DNA from: Schmidtea polychroa
Taxonomy: Eukaryota
Reading direction: 5' to 3'
Assembly: GCA_044892525.1 (NCBI GenBank)
Contig: CM097886.1
Span: 24,862,001 to 24,926,000 of the forward strand
Length of the DNA: 64,000 nucleotides
Shown piece by piece: positions 48,425 through 60,830 of this stretch. The notes under the pieces are model-generated. The model was not told where the DNA came from and searched no databases. It worked only from the letters and a program-made list of their open reading frames with translations. How positions within the stretch are numbered: the first letter of the stretch is position 1; each line of letters opens with the position of its first letter. Both the position numbers and the translations under genes were made by a program.

Positions 48425-49327
48425 TGCAAATCGAAACAAGCACTTTAACAATTAAATTTATGTGAATAATAAAATATATATTGTGAATAATTTGTCTTCG
48501 TTAATTAAAATATGTTTTATCATTTAATAATTCATTTGTCCAATTATTTTAGATAATTAGTTTCAAGTAAGAAATATTATTTTCGTGTTTATTTTATTTA
48601 TTTATTTATTTTTTCCGAAATATTAATATCCGGTTTATCAAAAATTAAATCATCGTTTTATTTTATAATAAATTAAATAATTTCTAATTAAAATTTTATT
48701 CGAATTGAATAATTACTAATTAAAATTTTATTCAAATTGAAATATTAATGTTATAATTTACGTTCTTGTTAGAATATAATGTAAATGTAAAATTAAAAAA
48801 AAAATAAATAAATAAATAAAATAAATAATAATAATAATAATTAAATAACGTTAGTAATTAAAACAAAATATTAAAAAACAAATTAATTAATTAAATGTAA
48901 TAAATTAAAAATTAACTAAAGTAAGTAATTAAAAATATAACATCATAAAATAATTAATTAATAAAATTAAAGAGAAAAAAAATAAAATAAATAAATAGAA
49001 GTAATTAAATAAAATTAAAATTAAAAAAAAAATAATAATAATAATAATAATAATTAAATAGCGAAGGTAATTAAAATAAAATATTAATAAACTAATGAAT
49101 TAATTAAATGTAATAAATTAAAAATTAACTAAAGTAAGTAATTAAAATATAACATCATAAAATAATTAATTATAAAAATTATAAAGAAAAAATTAAAAAG
49201 AAGTAATTAAATAAAATGTTAATTTAAAAAAAAAATAATAATAATAATAAATGATTCAATTGACCTATATTTGATCTTGATATTCCATGACCTTGAAAGT
49301 GTCCTGGAGTCCTTACTACATACTACT
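45691..49327. repeat. Right arm of the giant terminal inverted repeat
   Basis: Reverse complement of 37148-40785. Confidence 0.95.
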
Positions 49328-49569
49328 CAAACTAATTAAAAATTAATTAATTGCTAAAGGAAATGCCGAAAACAGTAACGCAAAGATTTATGTGAAATAA
49401 TTATAGGTTTTCTAATTTCTTATACTTAAATGACTTTTTTGAGCATTTTTGAGTATGCAGTGAGAAAATAAATGTATTTTATCTTTTACATACAAAATGA
49501 AAGCTTTTCAATTACGTTCAAATTTTTAGAATAGTACAATATGAAATTTTTTCCAAAAGTTGTGGAAAT

Positions 49570-50180
49570 TAAATGTGATTATATTTCCATCTTGATTTGC
49601 ACCCATTCGACATTTTTTGAAGAGAAAATTAATTTTCCTTTTCCAGAATTATCAATCGATTCCTTTTTTGAATATCCACCAGATAAAACTAAGTTAAATC
49701 TAACCAATGAAGAAGATTAACAGAAATCCGTAACGACCGCATATTGAGTCTAATGCATTCAGAAATGTCCCTCGATTCTTTTGGAATATTAATTTAAAAG
49801 GAATATCCAAATATCAGTGAAAAGGAAATTAAAATTTTGTTACAATTTTCAATTTCCTATTTGTACGAGTCATGATTTTCTGCACTGGTAAATATTAAGA
49901 ACAAGAAAAGACAAAAACTGAACTCAATTAAGAATGAGTTAAGATTATGTTTGTCAAATATGAGATCTAATATTAAGGATAAATGCAGAAAACATCGAGT
50001 TCAAATTTCACATTAATATGTTTTTTTAATAAAGATTTTTTTTATTATTTTTATTAAGTATGGAACTTACTAAGCTTGTTATTATTTTCATAGCTGAAAT
50101 CTTAATTTAATAAGAATAGGGTGCTCATATTTTTCAAATTCTCCGTTAGGATGCAATCAATTAAAAAAGTTGAGAACCAT
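49570..50180 (+). mobile_element. 3' remnant of a Buster-type hAT element
   Basis: Degenerate IKILLQFSISYLYES*FSALVNIKNKKRQKL followed by a right TIR AAAAGTTGAGAACCATTG. Confidence 0.75.
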
Positions 50181-50426
50181 TGGTATATATAGTGATGAAC
50201 TATGAAAACTATAACAAAGGATTCGACCTTTTTCTAGTAAAAATACTTTTTATTTTTCACAGAACATTATAATAATTGCATATGCACAAAAATTTATAGA
50301 TAAAAAATTTGTTAAACAATTTTTAAAAAATAACAGATGTCATTAAAATTACATTAAATATCGAAACAACGAACGAATATAATTATTCCAAAAGCTGCCA
50401 CACCTTATTTTCTTCTTGATTTTGAT

Positions 50427-50674
50427 CAGTGTTTCCCACGGTGGGGTCTCACACCTCAGAGGTGGGGCGCGTCAGCAATTATCATCTATTACAGATAATA
50501 TAATATGCTCATTCACGACTAAATATAACAAAGCGAATACAGCAATTTCAATGACCGTTATTTTTACATACTGGTAATACTGATTATCGAAGTTTTTTCA
50601 AAGGGGCCGGTGGGGCATATGACTTTTGAAAATACTACGGTGGAGCATGGTATAAAGAAGGTAGGGAAACATTG
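50427..50674. mobile_element. hAT (Buster-type) MITE
   Basis: TIRs CAGTGTTTCCC / GGGAAACATTG; TSD ATTTTGAT/ATTTAGAT (7/8). Confidence 0.85.
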
Positions 50675-51378
50675 ATTTAGATCATTTGATTTTCTAGGTT
50701 TTAGATATTGTTAAATTATTTTTAAATTATCAAAATTTCTATTTCATTTGCTTTTGCAATTAACTTTGGTAGTAATCATTTCTTTAATAATATGAATATT
50801 TTATCATCAGCAACTAATTCATTGTGTTTAGACAGCATTATGCAAAAAGACACAATTCTTGACTCTTTAGCTTTTCCAGTGGGTTCAATTTTAATTTCCA
50901 CTCATTCTTCTAATATCTGACAACCTTTTCTCACTCAACATTCGAATTTTGATATTGTGAATAGTTACAGCATCTTAATTTACAAGTTTTATTTTTTAAT
51001 TATTCGTGTTGCGTTTAGAAAAAGATGCTTGTTTGTCGTTCCAGCAACCCGGTAATTGATTTTCCTCAAACATAGACATGTTATTTTTTTCATCTTCAAT
51101 TTTAGTAGATGTGGCATCACTTTTAACTATTTGACTGTCTTTTCATTTTTAAGGTGTAAAAATTATGAAACGTTTGCATGCATACACATTCCGTCTCATA
51201 GTCATAGCGTTCGAATCTTCTTTATCCTTGTTATAGAAGTTTCACTTCTAAAGAAAAAGAAGCTCCTAAATTACAAAAAAATTTAACAAAGGGATCGTGA
51301 AAGCCCATTTCTACCTTTTCTAATCAAAATATTCAAAAAAAATTCAATTCAAACAACTTTCAGATAAAACACATTTAA

Positions 51379-51669
51379 CACGTTGCGTGCGACGTGCCTA
51401 CCGGTGGTGAACTAAGTGCATTTTTTAGTTGCGGGGTGCCCACCAGTGATGCACACAACTTTCTTTTTGAAAAATTTCTTTTTTAAAATTCACACACAAG
51501 TGCCCCTTGCTGAAGCACAAGTTTTTATTACCCTATGAGAGAGTACTCACCAGCTGTAAATTACGCAAAACTTTCTACGAAGATATCTCAAGCAGAACTG
51601 AAGTGGCGGAGTTTAGAAGGATGCCGCAATGTATGAAATATGCCATATAATGTTATCGCACAGAACGTT
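51379..51669. mobile_element. Possible piggyBac-type MITE
   Basis: TTAA|CACGTTGCGTGCGA left end with an imperfect inverted TCGCACAGAACGT right end; the right TSD is degenerate. Confidence 0.4.
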
Positions 51670-52121
51670 ATATAAAATTAGCAAAAATGTACATAATGTG
51701 TACATAATACATACCATTCACGAGGTAAAATTCCAACTTTTAAAAAATGGTTTCTAAAAGTTCCTTAGAAAGACAAACCTTTGAAATCCTTTTGATCATA
51801 AAATATTACCCTTCCATCTGTATTCACCTAGTATTCCTTTTAATAAAATAGTTAAAATTAATTTTAAATCTAAACTTTCATTTTTATTGTTTTAAATAAC
51901 TAAGATTGGTAAAAGAACACTTGATATAGGGTGTGTCAACAATTTGTGTACTATATAAATGAAGAAATATGAAATAATTCTATTTTAATATTATAACAAT
52001 TTTTTGATAATTATTGAAATATATATTTCACTGTCTAATATAAAAATTCAAAAAATTAAATAAAATTAAATATTTTGAAATGTTTTAATGATAAGTCATT
52101 ATTTAAAATTGCAAACAATCG

Positions 52122-52810
52122 TTAGACACGCTTCACGCTAAATTTGATAAATATTTGATCTCCTCTACAAAGAGCAGGATTGTTTCTTACTTTATTTAAT
52201 TCAATAAATTGTGCAAATCCGTAACTTTCGTTTTTTTCGCTTTCGGGTTTACAGAGTTCTTCAGTAATCGGGTGATTAGATAAATTTCCGGTTTCAGTGA
52301 TGAAATCCAATTTTGTTGTTTGGTTTATTAATGCAAACTTAATCTCACATTTCATGGGCCATGGTAAAATATCATCATAGGGACCTTTCATAATACAGAA
52401 AAATAGTGACAAATACAAAACTTTGCTATCATCGCAATCTAGATCAAAGTTGAGACACATTTTGTATCCGTGTTTGAAAGCATAGAATGGATCACTAAAA
52501 ATACTAAAGTTTGTATCAGTTTCTATTTGTTTAATTTTTTCTGAAAATTTATCAATCTTCCATATGTATTCATCATAATACTGTTTTTCTACATCATCCT
52601 TCAACTTGGTAATTGTCATTTCTGTATTTTCTACCCTTGCATTAAGTTTTTGAATGTTTTCTTCGAATTCTTTAATTTTTTTCTAAAAAATATTTTCAAA
52701 ATTTATATCAATTTCAAATACATTTTTTTTACATTTATTGTAATAAGTTGTTCGGTTATTTTTTCTAAATCGCTTGATTTGGATTTTGTCGAAGATTCGG
52801 CATTGTCTAG
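52122..52810 (-). CDS. TRAF-like protein, 3' exons (coiled coil + MATH/TRAF-C domain). Exons 52810-52733 and 52682-52122
   Basis: A 50-nt GT-AG intron (52732-52683) joins the coiled-coil exon in frame. MATH motifs YIWKIDKF, FSDPFY..KHGYKMCL, YLSLFFCIMKGPYDDILPWP. The 5' exons could not be recovered. Confidence 0.8.
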
Positions 52811-53139
52811 CTAAAATGAAATATTGATAATAAATATAATAATTTTTATTCTAATTCTAGGTACAGTTCAATTGTTTGTGATGTTTACTTGATGGCAAAG
52901 GTTTCATTTTTATTCTTGAATAATAATAAATTCGATCAGTTTTAGTAGTGACCTCTGTCCTCGTTTAGACAGGACATAGGTGACTATAAGTTTTAAAATA
53001 AAACATGATTAATTAAATACTTCGCGTTAATTTTTTTTACAATTGAAGCTTTCATTAAATACGTACCTTTTTTCAGTCTAACTGTAAATGGTCATATTAA
53101 ATAAGTAGTAGGGATGCAATAATAATAAACGTAATAATA

Positions 53140-53340
53140 AATGACCCATCTGTAATACCCACATATGAATCCATGTTATCTGATGCCTACGTATCAGCTG
53201 TAAAGCTCATATATTCCACTTTATTCATTTTATACTGCATTTCTAATTTGTAATTGTTGTACATATCTGGCATTATGACATCAATGAAATGACTAATTGA
53301 TGGTATAACAAACGAGGATATAAACTTTGATATAAATTCT
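53140..53340 (-). mobile_element. hAT (Ac/ZBED-like) transposase fragment
   Basis: IPSISHFIDVIMPDMY...YMSFTADT*ASDNMDSYVGIT resembles the SFTTDxWTS...SY catalytic region. Confidence 0.6.
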
Positions 53341-53403
53341 TAAAAATATGTTGATTCGAAAAAAGATATTGGAAGATATCTTCAACAATCATCTTATATA
53401 ACA

Positions 53404-53651
53404 CTAGCTGTTGTACCCGGCTTTGCCCGAGTTTACATTTATTATAATAATTAATTTAAATTAATTTTTCGTTTAATGATGTTATTACGTTCCAATATTA
53501 ATTTTATAACAGCTTCAATTCCATGTTTAATTCACAATTAGAAAAGCTTTCAAAATAAATTTCAATTTGTAAAATCGCAAACGCACCCCAATTTAAATCG
53601 AAAAATAACTAGCAAGATTTTTCCAATTGGAAACTGATTCACTAATCAAAT
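53404..53651 (-). mobile_element. 5'-truncated copy of the Helitron at 14624-15166
   Basis: ~250 bp near-identical to 14624-14870, including the CTAG end and hairpin. Confidence 0.9.
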
Positions 53652-53699
53652 TTGCTTTGTTCATTCAAATAAAGAACTTTTATATATTTTTTCTAATTA

Positions 53700-54760
53700 A
53701 AAGGTTTCAATGTATATTATGATCATGGTTTTTTCGGTGTATATAGAGTTTTATACTCTGGTGGTCCGCAGGTAATCTACATTTTACCGACGCAACCCAA
53801 AATACAAGAAGTTCTGCCATTTGACACCCGCTGAGTGAACAATGGGTGAATATCTGCGAAAAGTGAGTAGATCCCCACTCACTATAATCTCCAGGCATAC
53901 GAATGGAATCGCGAACTACGGCCTTCGTGTCATACTTTTTTCAGTGTACGTCCATCTTCTAACAATTGAATAAAATTATTCTGTGTTGGGTTTGATTTAT
54001 TTGGTTGAATAAGAACACGAGGAGTCAGAGAGAGGACAGACCTTCAAATAAAAACCCAACAATTATATTATTTTTTTAAATCAAAGGAAGACTATAATAA
54101 CTACTTATGAACAATTCAAAAGGTATTAGAAAAGCGTATTTATCAATAAATAAAGATAAAGTTGCACGGCTAAAAATCAGATTTAATTCTTGGATTTCAC
54201 ATTCCAGGCTCAAGAATCTCGTCCCAATCTGATAAGATTCAAGCCATTACCTAATGTTCAAGACCTGGCAATGCTAAAGCAATGAGGAGATTTATTAGAG
54301 TGCTAACGTCCTAATACTGGCTAATACTGGATATATCAGATGTAGTGGTTTCATTACACGATCTGATATCAAACTGCGCTAAAAACACACACGAGTATAT
54401 CTGGAGAGATCAAGTACACACAAGCCATTGAAACGGCAAAGAAGAAACTACAAGAAATCAGTGAATATATTCCTCCAAATTCACATTGTCATTCATTGAG
54501 TGCGCTGAAGCATCGTATATCGAAATTATGCCATCCTTATTCTCAAAACTGGAGAAGCTAAAGTTACACTAATCATTTTTTCCTAGAAAGCTCAGCAAAA
54601 TTGAACAAAAATATATAACATTTGACCGAGAACTACTAGCACGCTATTTTGCCATAAAAAATTTCAAACATCATCTGGACGGTATTACATTCTAATTACT
54701 GATCGAGCTCAAACCAATAGTATATATGAAAGGTCTATCTAATAGGCCATACTTGACCAA
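53700..54760 (+). mobile_element. Decayed Ty3/Gypsy remnant (LTR-like segment ending CCCAACA at ~54061; RT-connection/RNase H fragments)
   Basis: DKIQAIT*CSRPGNAKAMRRFI and FFPRKLSKIEQKYITFDRELLARYFAIKNFKHHLDG. Confidence 0.75.
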
Positions 54761-56559
54761 ACTGCGTTTCGTGAGCTGCACGCGGTGCTTATGCATCTTC
54801 AACGCGGGTCTATCCAAAGCCCGAAAAATATCGTTAAAATTTATTTTATAAAAATAAAAAAAAATAATCTCTACAAGAATTTATTATGATTGTTTTAGTT
54901 TTCATATGATTTTCGTTTAACAATAAATACACTGTATATTTTATGGCAACCATATGCATATTTTTAATGCTACTGCAATATTTTCTTTGCAATATATTTT
55001 AAGAGTGTAAAAAAGTGCTTAACTTGTTCTCAATTAATCACCAAATTTTAGATTTGCTATACAGTACAGAGTCGTGGTCTGCTATATAAAAAATTCCTGT
55101 CCAAAACTTGAATAATTTCCTATGTTAAAGCATATTCTGTTGGTTTATTGAGATTCTGTTTCAAGGCGCAACGATTATAAATAGTTGTGTGAAAATTCCC
55201 CATTATCGTTTTCTAAAAGTTATGCTTTAAGATATTTTTTTTCTAATATTTTGTAATATTTATTTTAAATTAAATCATTCGATTTTAGGTATTCATTATT
55301 TTATAAATATGACATCAAAAAATAAGGAAAGAAGACATAAATAAGAAAATCGAAGATTTATATTTGAATGAGAAGAAGACTATGCATTCATAGATCTAAA
55401 TGGAAAACAGTAATGGAAATAGTACTGCAACCAAGGCTAGTTTTATACAGAGGGGAAATTTATAAAAACAAGTATTTAGAAAGCTATAAGGATTTTGGAT
55501 CCAAAGAATACAAAACTGTTAGATGACAGAAGAGGGCTCATAGAAAATTTTGAATTGACCAAGTATTACAGGGTTGCGTCAATCAAATACCATCTCAACA
55601 TATACGCAGAGAAAAGGTGAGTATCAACGTGCCAGAAAAAGGATCAAAACCAACAACAATCCAATAACTATTTACTGTGAACTGAATTTTTGTAAATAAT
55701 TATGACATTAATTCTTCTGATTGAGAACTGATTTTTTTAATTGTACTGGGCGTCATCTTTATCTTTTGCTTATGTATTATGACATTTATTCCTTTGATTA
55801 AGAATTGACTTTTATATAATTGTATAGGGTGTAATTTTGTTTTGTTTATTTGTTTATGTCACGACATGTAACCTTATTTATGTAATCGGGTAAAATACAT
55901 TTTTAATTAATTAGAATTATTTAAAGCTTAATTAATTTGCATTTTCCAAAACTTAATTAATTAACATTATTTAACAGTTGTAGAAAAAAATTAATTAACG
56001 TTATAAATCAGCTGTTAACAAACAACTGTAATGGAATATGTTTAAGTAATAATAATTTTGTTAAAAAAATAATAATAATAATAATAATAATGTTTGTTTT
56101 CAAAAATAGGCCCTTGAAATTTTGTAGAAAAAAATAATTATGAAAACATATGTCAATAAACACAGCATTAATTCTTAATTCTTAAAATAATATAATATTA
56201 ATTCTCAACACAATGTAATAGCTCTTATAATAATATTAATAGAATTCCTATAACAACAGCGGTTCAAAAAGTGATATAAATAACGGCACAAAATCATTAT
56301 TGTTCGCCCAAAAATTAAACCACATTCTGTGAGCTAAAAAGGTTAACCTTTTTTAATTCTAAAAATACGACGGACATAACACAAAAGTCGAAATACTTTA
56401 CAAGCAATACAACACCCATAAATAACATTCACCCACTAAACTCAACATACATTTTAGCTGAAAGTATTGATTTATTTGTGACATTATAATGAAATAAACC
56501 CCATACGAATAAATTTATCTTGTTTGTTGATAATATTATAATTGTCCATTTTTATTGTC

Positions 56560-56670
56560 TGTTACTGTTATTATCATCATTTTTATTATTATTATTATTG
56601 TTATTTACTATTATTATTATTATTGTTATTATTATTATCATTGTTATTGTTATTATTATTATCATTATTA
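56560..56670. repeat. (TTA)n-type low-complexity microsatellite
   Basis: TTATTATTA/TTG/TCA runs. Confidence 0.9.
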
Positions 56671-58022
56671 TTTTGTTTGATTTAAGTACACTGTGGCACA
56701 ATTCAGTGAATATTTACTTTGCAACATATGTTGATTATTTACCCTTAGAAAAAAGAAAAGAAGAATCAACCATTTAGTTGAGTATTTACTTTAAAATCGA
56801 CCATTTGGTTAATTGTGTTTGTTTTTGACTAATAATTGAAATTGCATTTTCATAATTGCTAAATGAAATGACAAAATCGAAATATTTTCTGTTGACATAA
56901 TCTTCATCGCCATCATATTTGAAATCTGTTTCGAAAATACATTTTAACCGATGTCAAAGCACATCAAATCTTGACTTAATATATAATATTTATATAAATA
57001 TAAATTGCAATACCAAAGCTAGAAAAGCACTAAACACGAACTATACGTAATTATGAAATCTTTGCACATTGTCTGATCGATTTATTGAATTGTTAATCTT
57101 TTGTTTTATTGAACACACGAAAAAGAAATTTATTTTAATTTTACAATATTATTTTAGAAATAAATGTTAACTATAAATCTCATTCGGTAATGGATAAATT
57201 ATTTATTCAAATTATGTTATAATTATGAAAAAATTATTTACTTATAAATTATTCCTCTGATGGACTATCAAATATTTAATCCTCCACCATGATTTTTGAA
57301 CTGTTTTTACACATAGTTTTGAATTGAATGTATTTTAAAATTTATCACTGATATTTAAAAAAATACTTATTGAAAGCACTTTTATTGATTGACTTTGATG
57401 ATTAATTATTTTAGATCAATTTTGTCTAGGAATAACAAACTAAAATACGTTAAAGATGCTGGATAAAGAGATGATTCCAAAAATAGTAACAATTAAAATC
57501 TGCACTTTTAAAAACAGAAATAATATTGACTTTAACAGAACACAGTGTATTGACATTCGAAATGGAATGTCAACAGGAATTTTATATATAAGTCAATTGA
57601 TTTTTCAGTAAATCACTCAAAAAATAAAAGCTTCTAAGAAGAATTGCAAATTCAGAAATTGATATTGCAATATAATTTAGAGCATACCTATTTACACATC
57701 CAAGCTCAGGAAGCTGCAAGCATTCACATACACATACACACGCATATATATAAAAACACTAATTATTTTCGAGGTGATTGTTAATTTTATATTATATAAT
57801 TTGTAATTGTTATAATCAAATAAATTTTATTGAACCAGTGTTTGTGTTCTCATTTATATAGGAACCATCAAATTGAGATTTGAGAACCTCAACACTGAAA
57901 TCAGTAAAGATTGTGAAGAAAGAGTAATAGAAAAAATATATAAGAGTGTAGCATTCAGTTGAGTTCTTGAAGAATCTACGGATATTCAAGATTTGTCGGT
58001 GTTTATTCGATATGCGCAAGAA

Positions 58023-59179
58023 CAGTGTTTCTCAAACTTTTTACGTAAAGTACCCTCTCGTAATTTATTAAATTTTGAAGTACCCTAGTAAAATTTTATT
58101 ATACAAATATAACTAAAACAACAATTTTTACAACTAACAATAACTTTTTATTAGTTTTTTGATATATAAAAAATAAAAAAATTAATGGCTACTATGAGCC
58201 TGTTTGGCTGCAACTAGAAGCTCAATCCTTGGCTTAATGGTGCTGCAAGCTAAAATTAAATCATTTTCAGGACATAACCTATTTCGAATTTTATTTTTTA
58301 ATTCCGTTAAAACGGAAAAACTAGCCTTACACAAATACGTTGTTGGAAATGGTAAAAGTTCTATGATTGCTGCATTTCTCAATTCGATGTATTCATTTTT
58401 AATTTTTTGCCAAAAAGTTGACACATTTTCTTCCATTTTCATTGTGGAATCCACAGAAAGCTCCATTAGTTTTTCTTTCATGACAATTGAAATTCCGGCT
58501 TGTTCATTAAATTTATCATTTTATCGACCCAAAGCTTTTTATTATATTCCTCTTCATCCAAACTAGGAATATATTGTTCGAAACTTAATTCTAAATTTTC
58601 TAAATGTGTGATTATTGTCGTTTTCAAATTTTCACTTAAAACAATTTCATTTTCTTCTACAAAGTTAATAAGCTGTGGAAATGATGTAAAATTTCCATTT
58701 TTTACCACATTTGTCTTCCACAACAATATTTTTTTCTTGAATGCATTTACTTTATCACGTGTTCTGAATATATTTGAATTAACTCCCTGTAATTGAAGAT
58801 TTAGGTCGTTATGTTTATCGAAAACATCACAGAGATAAGCCAATTTACAAAGCCATATTTCGTTTTCGAAATATTGTGCATAATCGGAGTTTATTTCTCT
58901 TAGGAAAATGGCAATCTCTGCTCTTAGCGTAAAAACTCGATTTAATGCTTTTCCACGTGACAGCCAGCGAATCTCTGTGTGAAGTAATAATGTAGTGAAA
59001 ATAGATACCATATCAAGGCATAGCACTTTAAAAATGCGCGAATTCAGAGATCTTGATTTTATTAAGTTTACTACTTTAATACTTATTTTTAAGACAGAAT
59101 TAAAATCTTCATTTAATTGCTTCGCAGCTAATACTTCTCGATGTATAATACAATGAATCCACTTTATTGAAGGATTCAC
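58023..59179 (-). mobile_element. 3' part of a Buster/ZBED5-like hAT element
   Basis: ORFs 58478-59179 (WIHCIIHRE, LLLHTEIRWLSRGK, WLCKLAYLCDVF) and 58182-58481 (LLPFPTTYLCKASFS). Terminal TIR CAGTGTTTCTCAAAC at 58023. Confidence 0.9.
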
Positions 59180-59316
59180 ACGTTGTATTAATTAATCATG
59201 TGTAAAATAAATTAATATAAATAGTTGATATTTTAAAGTGAGAGCAGAATTAAACATTTATTCGCTTTAATCAATATTGATTACTAGCCTTATTTGTTTC
59301 TAACGTCAATCAACTT

Positions 59317-59942
59317 TGTAACAGCTGCGGAAATTTAATTAAGAAGCAACAGCAGGCAAAACCAAGAAGGTTATAAGAATATTTCGTGAGAAATAAAGAC
59401 AGCTGCGACCAGAAGCGAGACCAATTATTGAATATAAAAGGTGAATCTCCTACTAGCTCATTCAGAGAAAGAAAGCTATATCTAGCTTAGAAAAATATTA
59501 GATTTTAACCATAAGGTTACTTAATCTATTTATTTGCTAATTTAAAGCTAATCGCACACCTGGTCACGAGAAGCAGCTTTTCTGTCTGTCTTGTTCGTTG
59601 GGCTAAATATTAGAGGGAATTTAATTAGGAACGTTGGATACCCCTTGATCTAATAGATCGCGTAAATTTTGGGAAACACCCTCCTTCTTGATCCATTTCT
59701 TTATACAGCGCTGAGAAGCATTTGTTCTTTATCTGAGGACGGCTCGAATAACCGATTTTTTTACTTTAGTATTCAGCGGCTTTTTGGGAAATACAATTAT
59801 CAATTTGTATATTTTGTGCATATTAAAGATATCTTTGAAAAACATAAAAGTCTTATCTTAGTTAATTTATATAGTTATATAGATATATAGATATATCATT
59901 CTGTGTTAGGAAATATCTTATCCACCAGATCAGAACCTAACA
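59317..59942 (+). mobile_element. Possible solo LTR
   Basis: TGTAACA...CTAACA ends with internal TATAAAA; no TSD found. Confidence 0.4.
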
Positions 59943-60579
59943 GTTAGGTAAAAATATTGATTTATCGATCTCTTAAAAAGCGATCTCAAATTTCCAGAAT
60001 TTCTGCCTATTCATTGTATTATCCATCGCGAAAATCTGGTAGCAACATTTTTTATGTATAAAAATGTAAGGAACATTGTCTTACAAATAGTCAATTATAT
60101 TTGGACAAGCTCAAAAGACCACCGCCAATTTAGAAATTACTTACCTTTTTTATTCCCTCGTGATATAGTTATCCACTTGTCTTAAGACACTTCGTTAACT
60201 TAATCGATCCTATCGCCAACTTTCTTAAAGAGAAGGAAAGCCATTATCCACAATTGGAAGATGACTATTGGATAAAAGATCTAATGTTTTCGACTGACAT
60301 AATGGAACATCTGCAGTTACTCAACTTAAAATTACAGGGTAAGGAGAAAACTATTGCTGAACTTGCTCAAACAATTTTTAGTTTTCAAAAAAAATACTAT
60401 TATTTAAAGAATATTTGATGTCAAAATACTTCAATTATTTTTCTAAGCTATCTGGTAATTTTTTTTTCTTTGTTTTTATTACATATTTTTGTTTTTTCAC
60501 GATTTTATCTACTCTTTTAATTATCGGAATTTCTGGAAATTTTTAGAGAATTTCAATTTCACAAGAAATCATAAGGTCT

Positions 60580-60830
60580 AAATGAATCCAGTTCATAAAC
60601 GAATTTGCGGTAAAAATCATTCACATATTAGAGGAAAGACAACATCGTCGCCGATTTCCTATCAATACAAACTAACTCAAGTAACAATATCGTTATATTA
60701 TATCGTTAACGTTTGAAGCATCCAGACTCCGTTGATTTAAAATCATTCATTTAAAATCAGTATAAATGATGGTCGAATCTTAGTTGATATGTCTACAAGG
60801 TGCTCCCGAACGCAATTAAGATAATTTGAA
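60580..60830 (+). mobile_element. Ty3/Gypsy pol fragment
   Basis: FINEFAVKIIHIRGKDNIVADFLS-like and ILVDMSTRCSR-like remnants with frameshifts. Confidence 0.6.

Larger units (their letters stand above)
37148..49327. mobile_element. Non-autonomous fold-back Polinton/Maverick-type element (12,180 bp)
   Basis: Termini AGTAGTATGTAGTAAGG ... CCTTACTACATACTACT; exact 6-bp TSD CAAACT (37142-37147, 49328-49333). Contains protein-primed PolB. No integrase, ATPase, protease or capsid ORF seen. Confidence 0.9.
57900..60420 (+). mobile_element. Decayed Buster/SPIN-like hAT transposase interrupted by nested insertions
   Basis: FS*VLEESTDIQDLSVFIRY at ~57950-58020 resumes at ~59985 with PIHCIIHRENL and WIKDLMFSTDIMEHLQLLNLKLQGK. 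Confidence 0.75.

Noticed and set aside
38025-48451. Antisense ORFs 38025-38315, 40027-40347, 45100-45336, 46129-46449, 47615-47821, 48161-48451
   Set aside because: Shadow frames of polB with no motifs.
37148-49327. Two independent Polintons inserted head-to-head
   Set aside because: A single TSD brackets both outer ends, there are no internal termini, and the arms share disabling lesions.
37148-49327. Whole inverted repeat as a pure assembly artefact
   Set aside because: A matching TSD with different outer flanks and many substitutions between the arms argue for real DNA. Only the internal junctions remain to be verified with reads.
36937-49380. Polinton inserted into a solo LTR
   Set aside because: One flank has a TGTTGGG LTR-like end, but no matching other end or TSD could be established.
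56520-56777. Hydrophobic 85-aa membrane protein
   Set aside because: Translation of a (TTA)n microsatellite.
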